From: Octopus bimaculoides
Lineage: Eukaryota
NCBI RefSeq assembly: GCF_001194135.2
Contig: NC_068989.1
Location: 38,268,046-38,332,045, forward strand
Direction: 5' to 3'
Length of the DNA: 64,000 bases
Below are positions 13,306 through 25,320 of this stretch, piece by piece. The position numbers were made by a program, and so were the translations under genes. A model generated the notes under the pieces. It saw only the letters and a list, made by a program, of their open reading frames with translations. It was not told the DNA's origin and did no database searches. Numbering within the stretch: position 1 is the first letter of the stretch; every line of letters starts with the position of its first letter.

Positions 13306-13352
13306 AGACACCTGATGAAAGATGGAGGATATATTAACCGAAACATTGTGTT
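13306..13352 (+). ncRNA. Degenerate hammerhead-like motif (P1 copy 2, right arm)
   Basis: AGACAC CTGATGA A AGATG-GAGGATATAT-TAACC GAAAC ATT GTGTT. Core and stem I are intact; stem II is eroded. Confidence 0.5.
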
Positions 13353-14084
13353 AACAACAAACAAGATAAGGACAAATATCTGTCAAATGTAAATAATGTA
13401 CATAATTTCTCATCTCTTAAATATAGAACTGAAATTTAGGATGTTGGAAAGGGTTTGTGAAAATAGATGCTGCAAAGATAAGTGCATGCTTATGGAAAAC
13501 AAGGTGTATATGTGTGTGTTTGTGAGTGGATCCATGGGTTGTTAGGGATAGTGATTAAATGTCTCAGATGAGTTTTTCTGAATACAATTTTAAATTTTAC
13601 TTTATTTATTTTTTGGATTAGCTATGTCTTTTGAGATACTAAACATCTTGATAATGTTTCAGATTATGTACTTCATACCTCATGAGAAATGAAATGGTTG
13701 GCACTTTTTGCCTTCACTTTTAAGTAACCCTGTGTGTTGTTCAAAGAAATTATAATTTTGAAAAAATATTTTCTAAGAACTTTATTTTCTTTATATTTTA
13801 GATCACTTACTTCCAAATTATTTCCCTTCCCCATAATTTATGAGATACCAAACACAACTTCAGCACATTTTTATGTACACACTGTTACAGTTGGTTTGAT
13901 TCCTGTCATCTGGTGTCTTATTTCTGGAATCTGTATCTCTAGGTTTGAACTGGGAACATTTATTTCTAAGTTACTCTGGATTAGTTTGTTAGACTGGGGA
14001 AAGGATACAAACAGTTCATAAAGAGCATGAATTTGTTTGCCATGAGAAAAGAGAAGGGCTTAATATTTTAGACTTAAACTCTAG

Positions 14085-14430
14085 ATGCAGGCATAACTGT
14101 GAGGTGAAGAAGTTCAATTCAGAACCGTGAGATTTTAGGTTCACTGCATAGTATGCCTTCCTCTACAACCCCAAACTAACTGATTTCTAATGAGTAAACT
14201 TGGTGGACAGAAAAAGCTGTGTAAAAGTCCATCATATATATATGTATGTATTGTATGTGTGTGTGTGACTGGTGTTAGTTTGTTTTCATCCCTGTACTTT
14301 AGTGGAACAGCAAAATGAGACTGATAGAATAAGTACAGGATTTAATAATTAACTGGGTTGGTGTGATTGACTAAATGCTTCAAGGTAGTGTCTCAGTATG
14401 GCCACATCTAATGGCTGAAGCAATTAAGAT
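14085..14430 (+). mobile_element. Diverged SINE family A copy
   Basis: Head relic GCAGGCATAACTGTG..., then GTGGACAGAAAAAGCTG, a (TG)n stretch and the family-A tail. Confidence 0.6.
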
Positions 14431-15326
14431 ATTTGCTTCATATCCTATAGTTTACTCTACCAATCACTGAGCACTTAAGTACTTACTGAAATACTGTAGT
14501 TGGTCCACTCACCATGTCTATAATCATGTAAAGGCACCAACTATTAAATGACATTCTGGTTGTTATCTCACAGCTGCATTGCTTTATGGACATTTTAATT
14601 GATTGAGTCCCTTACTATAATCTGCAATTCTACTTTCCTTAGTGGTGTCCACAGACTGTTATTGGCATTAGATGCTAAGAAACACTTGGTGAAAGAGCTG
14701 TGTTAGTTTTCCAGTCTAGATTGTATTTCAACTTAGTCACTGAGCAAGAAATAAACTAATTTACAATCAAGTGTAGACTATTCAAGTTAAGGTTTGCATG
14801 ACTAAACATTTTTTATTTTAATTTTCTTTTTTAAGAAATGTGATATGTAACTTACCAGTCAGACAAACTAAGTCAGCAAAAATATCAATCAATATAGTTA
14901 CAAGCTGGACATTTCTTTCCCATATGTAAAATAAATGAATAAAATGGTGAACATTTAAATTCCTTACAGTGACATGATTAATATTATATAAGTCATGTCA
15001 GGAAAGTAAAAATCTTTTTTGCTTTCACCTTCTCTTTATTTAGTTTTTGTATAATTTTTTTATGGTTCTTATATTTGTTGTTCCATGATAAGAAATTCAG
15101 GTGTTTCCATGAATTATTGGCAAAAGTATTTTATGTCTGTGAACGTGCTTTTTCATGCCATTGTTTTATGCAACCACTGCTGCTGCTGCTATTACGATAT
15201 TCCTTCTTTTCAATGTCGTTCACAGTGAGAACTTCTGTCAATGCTAAAGGCAAAAATCCAACATCACTTTCATGCTTTGAACTTGTGATCTTTTGAAGTC
15301 AATAATTGAATAACCAATCAGCTATT

Positions 15327-15368
<42 letters not shown>

Positions 15369-15378
15369 NNNNNNNNNN

Positions 15379-15415
<37 letters not shown>

Positions 15416-15904
15416 AATATAATATATGATATAATATAATATATAGTGTGTGATGTGTGAGTTTCAGCTAAATATTTTGCATTATCAGCATCTAGAGGTC
15501 TAGAGGTGATATAATAATGATAATAATAATAATATTCTGTGACCAGCCAGGCAATCTGTTTTAGATTAAATAGTTAGTACAATTAATCTTACTATATTAT
15601 TGATTCATATATTATTAACCTTTGATGAGTGAAAAATTACATTGACTCCTATCAGAAATAATGATAGCTTTGAAGAATATAAGAATTATTGCTTTCCTAT
15701 TCATGCCATGTAATTTTTAACCAGTTGTGTCTCAGTTTCTCACCTTATTACAGAGAAATTGAATTTGGGAAGCATAACTGTTTTGGATTTTAAATCTGTT
15801 GAATTTCTACAAGTAGGGTGTGAAGGTATAAAGGTACTACATATAGAGGTACCATTAAGTGTCTAAGTATATTTACTATCATTTGTTTCATATCCATAAT
15901 AGGT

Positions 15905-16200
15905 ACAGGTGTGACTGTAGTTAAACTTCCTTATTACCCATGTGGTTTTGGGTTTAGTCCCACTGTATGATGCTTTGGTATTCTACTATAACCCCAGGCC
16001 AACCAAAATCATGTGAATGGATTTGGTAGACAGAAACTGAAAGAAGCTCATTGTATGTGTGTGTGTGCGTGTATGTGTGCGTGCGTGTGTGTGTGCATGT
16101 GTGTGTGTGCGTGTGTGTGTGTGCGTGCGTGTGTGTGTGTGCGCGTGTGTGTGCATGTGTGTGTGTGTGTGCGTGTGTGTGTGTGTGTGTGTGATTTTCT
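15905..16200 (+). mobile_element. SINE family A 5' part plus (GT)n microsatellite
   Basis: GGGTTTAGTCCCACTG...GGATTTGGTAGACAGAAACTGAAAGAAGC followed by about 140 bp of GT repeats. Confidence 0.75.
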
Positions 16201-17859
16201 TGAGTCATGTGATAGTTTGTAAATGTGTGTTGCCATCATACAAGCAATGTTGTCCATTTCTAGTCTTCTGGAGAAAGCATGTCTGCCCATGGTAAAGATT
16301 GTGAAGTTAGAAAACAGACAAGGTTTTGCGACAGGAATAGCTGTGGAAAATTTGCCTCAATAAATTTCATCTTACTCATGCAAGCACACTAAAGTAAATA
16401 TTGAATGACAATGATGATCTAGCACACTAAGTGATTATAATTTCTTAGATAGCAACAATGCCAATGATGAAAAACATAGTTCATTGAATCAACTACCTGA
16501 CATATGTCTGATATTTAACCATTCCAAAAAGTATCATCAAAATAGTGGATCCTCTAGAAATAACAGCCAAGTTTTTCCCAAAATACACCCATCTGTTTCA
16601 AAGAAAGTAGAAACATTGGATAAAAATTTATGGTCATACCTTTTAAATGCTCTTGAGCATTTATTTCCTGAATCAGGGCTAACCTGGTGTTAATCAGTTG
16701 CAACCACAGGTATTTATTTGATTTTAGAAAGATGAAATCTAAAGGTGAACAGAGATGTTATTTATAAACACAAAATATCAATGAATATAAGAATTAGCTT
16801 ATCATGGTACTATATTGGTCACATCAGCATCACTGTTGGTGTTGTTTTATGTGCATTTTCCATGCTGATAAGGTTTGCTGCTCTCCTAGACAGCCTGGAG
16901 ATCTACATCTCACCTGTAAGCTTCATTTCTAGCTTGTTTTCCACAGCTGAATATCCTTTCTAATCCTAACCACTTTACAAAGTTTATTGGGTGCACTTTT
17001 TTGCTACCAGTATGAGAGAGTTTGCCAAATCTTTGACAAATCTAAAGGAATCTTTTGACACCACATTTAACAGTGCACAAGATGCATTTCACATTGCAGC
17101 AACAGAAGTAGTGTTGGTGCATTTCAGGAAGCATGGAATTTTTGAGAGAATTTTAGAGAGGAAAGAGGTGAGAGCTTGATAGATAGCATGAATCGGATAA
17201 ATGGGGAGAGAGAATGAAGGATGTGGAATAATAATAATAATGATCTCTGTCCACATAATAATTCTGAGAAACTACATAACTTAGCAGAAGCAATCATAGA
17301 AGTTAACTGGGTTTATAATCAGATTAGAATCATTAAGAAAAATTCTTCATTTGTAATTTGTTCCACTGAAATCCAACATAATTGCTTCTGTAAAGTCCTC
17401 ATTAGTTTACTTAGCAGAGTCTTAGCTTCTTTCCAGAGAATAACAACATTAGAATTTGCAAATTTTTGAACAATCTCTGAAAGCAATTTTGATTGAAGAT
17501 GTATTCTATTCTTTTGTGATATAAGACAAGAAACTCTTGATTTATGCTTGATCTGTGAAATCATGAATAACTATATATAACTACATGTAATAGTCTGAGA
17601 CAGTATACTGTGTAAGGTATTTAGAAGGATATCCATTATAAAGTTCTCGTTACAGTTACATACATGCAATATACAATTAATTATCATACTTAATCACACA
17701 TAATCTGCAATTAATGTAACAGCTGTGATTGGATAAATTTGTTTAATCCATAACATAATTTAGAAACAAAAAGCCATCATTTTATGAATTAATGGTGGCT
17801 TTGATATATTCTCACTAATCTTAACACACCTACATGTTACCTCCCTAGGTATTAGATAA

Positions 17860-18260
17860 TATGTGGAGTATGGCAGAATGGCTAGAAAGTTTGCATTGCT
17901 ATCATGAGGTTCTGGATTCAATCCGACTGTATGGCATCTTGGGCATCGATTTTTTTTTACCAGTGTCTTGAGCTGATTCAAAACTTGTGAGTGAAATTAA
18001 CTTGATGGAAACTGTGAGGAAGCCTGTCAGATGGATTGTGTCTGTAATTCAGATGTACAGCCTTGTCACATACTGTGTCAAGCTGATTTTACCCGAGGCT
18101 TATGCTGTTGGTACTTGTGTTTCTAGAATGTTCAGTAACTTACATGTTAATTTAATGAGCAGCTTATTTAGTTGATCAAATGATTGAAACTGATAGAGAA
18201 ACTGATAGAGAATTTATTTTCTCCTTTAAGTAATATTTGGAAGAAAGTGATAGTATCTGA
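17860..18260 (+). mobile_element. SINE family A variant with an alternative 3' tail; related copies at about 42735-43060 and 51460-51780
   Basis: The three copies share CTTGTGAGTGAAA..GATGGAAACTGT..GTCTGTAATTCAG..TTGTCACA after a family-A-like head. Confidence 0.65.
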
Positions 18261-20264
18261 GCTTGAATTGGGCTATGAATATTACAGATATTTAACAAAT
18301 CAAACATAGAAACACTTCTAACTGTAAATTGAAACTGTCCCCTTTGTTCTCAGAACAAAACTTAAGACAATATTCTACTGCAGCTGCCACTATTAACTCT
18401 TAATGAACATTTTGTCTTGTAATGAGGAGGTGCCAGAAGAACTTGGCAAAAGATGAGACAACATCCTGCAAGGCTCTTGAACTTGTCTGAACCATGAAAT
18501 AATGGAGAAAGTTATAATGTTGATTGTGGTGTTGATAATATTGATTATTTTATTGATTACAGTTATGGAGAGAGTGATGACAATGTGGGTGATGATAATG
18601 ATGATGGCAGCATTGATAATGAAGGGAAGGAGATGTGGAGGATTATAGTTATTACAGTAATGTTGAAAATGATGATATTAGTGGTAGTCATAAAGGAGTG
18701 AGGAAATCGATAATAATTTTGTTGACAATTATGATAATGGTGGTGGTGGTGGTGGTGGGTATATTGATGAAGTGAACTTAAATGTATAGAATTCTGAAAG
18801 CTTTTCAAATAACCTGAAAAGCAGTTGTTAATGTCAGCTTGGTAAATACATTTTTGAGGTTTAGATGTTTATGTAAATCATATCTGAAGATTAATAGTGG
18901 TGAGCTGTAGTAATAGTCGTGATGGAGGAGTTTACCAGATACAACATATGGTTGGCAAGTTTCTTTTTAGTACAGTTATTTATTTGGTACTGGCTTCCAG
19001 TTAAACAACACAAACACTACAATACCATCACAAAGATACTATCCTTCCCACTCAATTAAGACAATCAGAATAGGAAATAGAGAAAATAGCAGCTGTCACA
19101 TCAATAACCTACTGAGCCCAGGAGAACAGTAATGTTTCTGCTAACATAGTTTACTTCTATTGTGGTCATTACCAGAGGCTAAGGTAACAGACTGGACTGA
19201 AGGGGAAATGCAGTATTTGCAGTCATGCCATATTGCACCCCCATACAATAAACCACTGCATGTCAATGTCCTTAACTAGGCAGAAGTACAGTGTATCTTA
19301 AGTGTTGGATATGTAGATTGTACCCAGTTAGCTAACTAGATCAGGGTCTGCTAGGTCATGTTCATATGGCATAAAATGAATGAATGAAGGAACTTGAAAA
19401 AGAAAATGGGACTGTCACACTTCACAGGCTTTGATCATGGGCTTACTTGGTCAATGCTGACCTGGGGTTAAACAATAACATCAGCTCTCTTCTCATATAA
19501 AACCTAATATCAAATTGATTTATACTTAGTAAGTTTAAACAGTATTTATTGTGGTCTTTCAACAATATCATCATCATAACCATTATCAAATCTCTCATTA
19601 TAATTGAGGGAATCAAATTTGTCCCCTCAGTTTTAACTCTTTAGTTAGAGTTGGAAGCACTTTTCTTATTTGATATCATTAGTGAATCATAAAAATCCTT
19701 GAACCCCCATCTCAATTTCCTGAAGACCACCTTACTTTCTATCCTCTTGGGCTGAGTAAAATTCACATCCCACATTAAAATTAGTGGACTGGTCAATAGA
19801 AAAGCTAAGCAGAAACACATCTGCTGGGAGTAAAAAAATATTTATCAAACTAGAGGACCCTTGACATGTTTCTATCTTATTCTAACATCCACATTTTTAA
19901 CTGTACTTGACAAAGTTATTGTGTTAGGAATTTATTTATTATTGTGAGAAAATAGAATCATTTTGAGATGAAATAATTCAATTATCATCTGAATGAAAAG
20001 CAGTAATTAAGTTTATGTTAACAAATCCAATAGAGAAAACATCAAAAACAAATATAAACTATGGATATTTATTATGTTTGTTCTTATTGCTGTCTAATCC
20101 ATATATTAAAGTTAAATACTTTGCTACAGAGTTTGTCTTTGTTTACATTTGTCTAGTGTTAAATATATTCAAAAAAGAATCTGTAATATATTTTTATTAA
20201 TACTATTTTCTGTCGTGCTAGAAAATGTTATTATTGTTGTTGTAGGTAATATTATTAAAAGTCT

Positions 20265-20467
20265 AAGGTGGTGAGCTGGCTGTATTGTTAGTACACTGGG
20301 CAAAATGTTTAGTGGCATTTTGTCTGTCTTTACATTCTGAGTTCAGATGTCACCAAGGTCAACCTTGCTTTTAACCTTTTGGGGTCGATAAAATAATTAC
20401 CAGTTGAGCACTGGGGTCAAGGTAATTGACTTATCTCCTCTCCTGGAACTGTTGGTCTTGTGCCAAT
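20265..20467 (+). mobile_element. SINE family B, with an RTE tail inserted in its 3' end
   Basis: AAGGTGGTGAGCTGGC head and family-B core. The tail is interrupted at CTTGTGCCAAT by the RTE 3' UTR. Confidence 0.8.
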
Positions 20468-20849
20468 GTGCGGGTGGCACATAAAATACACCATTTTGAG
20501 CGTGGCCGTTGCCAGTACCGCCTGACTGACCTTCGTAGGATTTTCGAGCGCGATCGTTGTCAGTGCCCCTGGACTGGCTCCTGTGCGGGTGGCACATAAA
20601 ATACACCATTTTGAGCATGGCCGTTGCCAGTACCACTTGACTGGCCTTCGTGTGGGTGACACGTAAAAGCACCCACTACACTCTCTGAGTGGTTGGCGTT
20701 AGGAAGGGCATCCAGCTGTAGAAACTCTGCCAAATCAGATAAGAGCCTGGTGTTGCCATCCGGTTTCACCAGTCCTCAGTCAAATCGTCCAACCCATGCT
20801 AGCATGGAAGGCGGATGTTAAACGATGATGATGATGATGATGATGATGA
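20468..20849 (+). mobile_element. 5'-truncated RTE LINE 3' UTR ending in (GAT)n
   Basis: High similarity to 61440-61952, which follows the RTE ORF2 stop codon. Confidence 0.9.
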
Positions 20850-21202
20850 ATATTATTGAAAAGTCTTTAAAATAGGGCTTAGCCATCACTCGCAAGTGAG
20901 AATGTTTTTGATAAATGTTTTTGGTGTCTATGTAGTCTAGAGAAAATATAGTCACACTCTCAGGCTTCCCACACTTGAGGTAACAGAACAAGGATGTGAC
21001 AGTTGGAAGGAAAGAAAGCTGTGCTATTATTGGGACAGGTACTCATTTACAACTGAGCAATGTGTGATGATATGCTTTGCCAAAGAACACAATATACCAC
21101 TCAGCCCAAGAAACAAACCCAAAACTTTTGTTCAACATTTTAACTACTAGACCATGTGCCTTCACTAGTGATATCATTATTATTATTATAATTATTATAT
21201 AT

Positions 21203-21419
21203 AAGGCAGTGAGCTGGTAGAATTGTTAGCCTGAACAAAACACTTACTGGCATTCTGTCCATCTTTACATTTCTAGTTCAAATTCCTCCAAGGTTGACTT
21301 AGCCCTTCATCCTTTTGGGTTTGATGAAATAAGCACCAGGCAAGTACTGGGGTCAGTATAACCAACAACCCCTCTCTCCTAAAATTTCAGACCTTGTGCC
21401 TATAGTAGAAAGGATTATT

Positions 21420-21459
<40 letters not shown>

Positions 21460-22318
21460 AGGTGACGAGCTGACAGAATTGTTAGTGCACTGGACGAAAT
21501 GCTTAGCGGTATTTCACCCGTTACTATGTTTTGAGTTCAAATTCTGCTGAAGTCAATTTTGCCTCTCATCCTTTTGGGATTGTTAAATTAAGTATTAGTG
21601 AAACACTGGCGTCAATGTAATCAACTTATCGGCTATCCCAAAATTGCTGTTCTTGTGGCAAAATTTGAAACCATTATTATTATTATTATTAAAACATCGA
21701 GCTGGCAGAACTGTTATCATGCTGGGCAAAATGTGTAGCAGCATTTCATCCATCCTTATGTTCTGAGTTCAAATTCTACCCAAGGTTGATTTTGCCTTTC
21801 ACCCTTTCGGGATCGATAAAATACATACCAGTACCAGTTATGCACTGGGGTTGATGTGGTCAACTAGCCCCCTCCCACCAAAAATTTCAGGCCTTGTGTC
21901 TATAGTAGAAAGGATTGTTATTATTTGCCCATCACTATGTTGTGAGTTCAAGTTCTGCTCAGGTTGACTTTGCCTTTCATCCTTTTGGGGTCGATAAATT
22001 AAGTACCAGTCAAGTGCTGGGGTCAGTGTGATCGATTGTTCTCCTCCCCACAAAATTCCAGGCCTTGTGCCTATAGTAGAAAGGATTATTAGTATTATAA
22101 TTATAATTACATATAAGGCGGTGAGCTTACAGAGTTATTTGCATGCCGGATAAAATGCTTAGCAATGTTTTGTACGTCTTTACATTCTGAGTTCAAATGC
22201 TACTGGGGTTAACTTCGCCCTTTATCCTTTTGGGTTCGATAAAATAAGCACCAATTGAACACTGAGTTATCCCGTTCCCCAAAACTGCTGGTGTTGTGTC
22301 AAAATTTGAAATCATTAC
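21203..22318 (+). mobile_element. Head-to-tail cluster of five family-B SINEs
   Basis: Copies start at about 21203, 21459, 21692, 21926 (5'-truncated) and 22115, separated by (TAT)n or (CAT)n tails. Confidence 0.9.
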
Positions 22319-22589
22319 TATAATAAAAGAAAGAAAGCAGAGGACAAAATGCCATGCAATATTTAGTTACAGCCTATATTATGAGTTTAAATCCTTCTAT
22401 GTTCAACTTTTTCTTTTATTATTTGAGGTTCAACAAAATCAAATACCAATCAAATACTGAGATCAATTTGATCAACTGACTCCTGCCCACAAAATTGTTG
22501 CCCTGTACATATATTCTTATTAATGCTGTTGTTATTATCAATGTCACTATAAAATGTAGTAAAAATGGTAGTGCCACAAAATAAATTTC

Positions 22590-22975
22590 TTCTTTTATCA
22601 TTTACTTGCTGCACTCATTAGACTGTGGCCATGCTAAGGTACCACCTTGAAGAGTTTTAGTCGAACAAATCAATCCCAATATTTATTTCTTTTTCATCAT
22701 TCAAGCCTGATACTAATTCTGTTAGTCTCTTTTGCCAAACTGCTAAGTTACGGGGACATAAACACACCAACACCAGTTGTCAAACAGTGATGGAGGAAAA
22801 CACACACACACACACACAGCAGACTTCTTTTAGTTTCCATCTACCAAATCTACTTACAAGGCTTTGGTCAGCCCCAGGCTTTTGCAAAAGATAGCAAGGT
22901 GCTATGAAGTGGAACTGAACCTGGAACCATATGGTTGGGAAGCAAACTTTTTACCACGCAGCCATGCTTGTGCCT
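22590..22975 (-). mobile_element. SINE family A, near full length
   Basis: Reverse complement aligns to 60026-60382. Confidence 0.8.
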
Positions 22976-23461
22976 CATAATAACTAGTTATGTTTCTTTA
23001 AAATAAAAAGCTCAGAACCTGTCAGCACTGGAGTCAATATTTCATGATTCTGAGTTCATTATAAATAATTATCAATGACATATTGGTAGCTGATTTAATT
23101 CATTGTTATCATTGTCATTTTATATTTGCTTTCCATGCTGGCATGGGGTTAGATAGGTTATTGTAGTCCAAGTAATTTCTTATTTGGAGCCACATAGTAA
23201 CTGGCATTTGTACATGTCATTTGGCTTGAATTCTACAGTTTGGTGCCCTTTGTATTGCTAACTACTTTATTGTATGGCATGCATTTTCTTGTGACATCAA
23301 AACCACAGAACTCAGTAAGTTAAGTTATGTAGATCAAGAAAGAAACCTGAAGAAGCAGTGAAAGCAGAAACACCAGGAATAGGCTGTTGAGCAGGGGAAG
23401 TAATGATGTAAGTGTATGCCTCTGCATTAAATATTTCTGGTTTAGTTGTTGTTGTAAATAT

Positions 23462-23722
23462 CAGTTTCAAATTTTGGCACTAGGCCAGTAATTTTGAGAG
23501 AGGGAGTAAGTCGATTACATCATCCCTAGTGTGCAACTCTTACTTATTTTATCGACCCCCCCCCCCCNNNNNNNNNNNNNNNNNNNNNNNNNNNNNNNNN
23601 NNNNNNNNGCACCCAAGAGGATGACAAGCAAAGTCGACCTCAGTGGTATTTGAACTCAGACTGAAGAAATGCTACTAAGCATTTTGCCCAACATGCTAAT
23701 GATTCTGCCAGTCCACTGCCTT
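23462..23722 (-). mobile_element. SINE family B spanning a gap
   Basis: AAAGTCGACCTCAG..TTTGAACTCAG..CTAAGCATTTTGCCC is the reverse complement of the family-B head and core. Confidence 0.8.
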
Positions 23723-24722
23723 ATTTTTGATATAGAAGCTTCAGTGACAAGCAGTGATAAGGAATAAATGAACTTTAGGGTAGTTAGAACATGTTTCTGA
23801 TACGTTTTAACTTCCAAAGGCAAATTCACTGCAGCTACACCATGGCGAAAAAATTCTTTCTTAAGGTAAAAAGTGTAAAATACCATATCTGTCTAGTGTT
23901 TCCCTCTAGCAGATTTCCAGATGCATGTTTCTAGCTTTTTAGCCTTCCCCAATGGAAAATACCAAAGAAAAATAATGTGTTGTTGTAAATATTACTACTG
24001 TAATATAATTGTTGACGTTCTTATAACATTTCTTATCTTTTTTCTTTTCATAAATGCTGCTGCTTTGTCTGGCTGTCAACCATGTGTCTCAGGTATGTAC
24101 TATTCTAAATTCTCTAGTTGCTATTACTTGCTGTAGATATCTTTCTAGATAACATATTCCATGTTAATTACTATGATGTAAAACAATATTTGATGCTGGG
24201 CTTCCAAAATTTCTCGTTGGTTGGATTGTATCTGGGGTAAAGTATAGAGAACTATGTATTCTTAGATGCTGGATATTTGATCTCTCTCAGAGATATACGT
24301 AATTAGTTGGATTTCAAAGATGTTTCTTTCATGTTTGTATTTTAATACAATTTGTCACTTGTTTCCAATTTGAAGTAGTGTAATATTATTATTATTTTGA
24401 AAGAAATCATTAATCTAGTATATATATATATATANNNNNNNNNNNNNNNNNNNNNNNNNNNNNNNNNNNNNNNNNNNNNNNNNNNNNNNNNNNNNNNNNN
24501 NNNNNNNNNNNNNNNNNNNNNNNNNNNNNNNNNNNNNNNNNNNNNNNNNNNNNNNNNNNNNNNNNNNNNNNNNNNNNNNNNNNNNNNNNNNNNNNNNNNN
24601 NNNNNNNNNNNNNNNNNNNNNNNNNNNNNNNNNNNNNNNNNNNNNNNNNNNNNNNNNNNNNNNNNNNNNNNNNNNNNNNNNNNNNNNNNNNNNNNNNNNN
24701 NNNNNNNNNAGAGAGAGAGAGA

Positions 24723-24775
<53 letters not shown>

Positions 24776-25025
24776 TTTTAAAACATGTTTGTTGTTTATT
24801 ACTATCAATAGAAAACAATCGAATGGCAGAAACATTAACAAAGTGGACTAAATACATAAAAAATAATTACATTTCTCCAGCTACATTCTTAATTGAAGAT
24901 TGTTTTTTACATTTACCCTTTGGTATGATGGCTTTTCAAAGACATAAATAACAGTTCTGACTGATGTATTAACAGCAATTTACAATCAACTGTCAAATTG
25001 TAAAACACTGCCATCACAAGACTTA

Positions 25026-25062
<37 letters not shown>

Positions 25063-25064
25063 TA

Positions 25065-25320
25065 TAGGTATGTGGCTTAGTGACTACAGTTTGGAGCTCA
25101 TGTTCATTAGATTTTGGGTTCAATTCAAAGATTAGGAAGCCCATTGTAACCTTGAACATGGCACATTTTCAAGTTCTCTCGAGTGAAAATTAATATCAGT
25201 GGGTACTGTAAGCAACTCTGTGACAAACTAGTATCCCATTCAGAGGATGGTCTTGTATATTCTGTTGCCTAAAGGCCTTTGAATTCTGGATAAGCTTAGC
25301 CCACATGAGCCTTTAAGCTT
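25065..25320 (+). mobile_element. Diverged tRNA-derived SINE, family C
   Basis: tRNA-like head. GTGACAAACTAGTATCCCATTCAG is a diverged version of GCGATGGACTGGCATCCTGTCCAG at 31619. Confidence 0.5.

Larger units (their letters stand above)
12963..13429. mobile_element. Palindromic element P1 copy 2; 13-bp TSD with one mismatch
   Basis: Inverted arms match copy 1. Full tRNA-like head on - at 13126-13196, (AAT)n linker. TGAAGTTTAGGAT at 12950-12962 and TGAAATTTAGGAT at 13430-13442. Confidence 0.85.

Noticed and set aside
15120-15300. Minus-strand stop-free stretch (ITSSKHESDVGFLPLALTEVLTV...ARSQT*)
   Set aside because: Weak acceptor, no partner exon in phase, and no recognisable similarity.
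21203-22318. CRISPR-like or satellite array appearance
   Set aside because: The units are about 215-bp SINE copies of differing subfamily, not short repeats with unique spacers; the context is eukaryotic.
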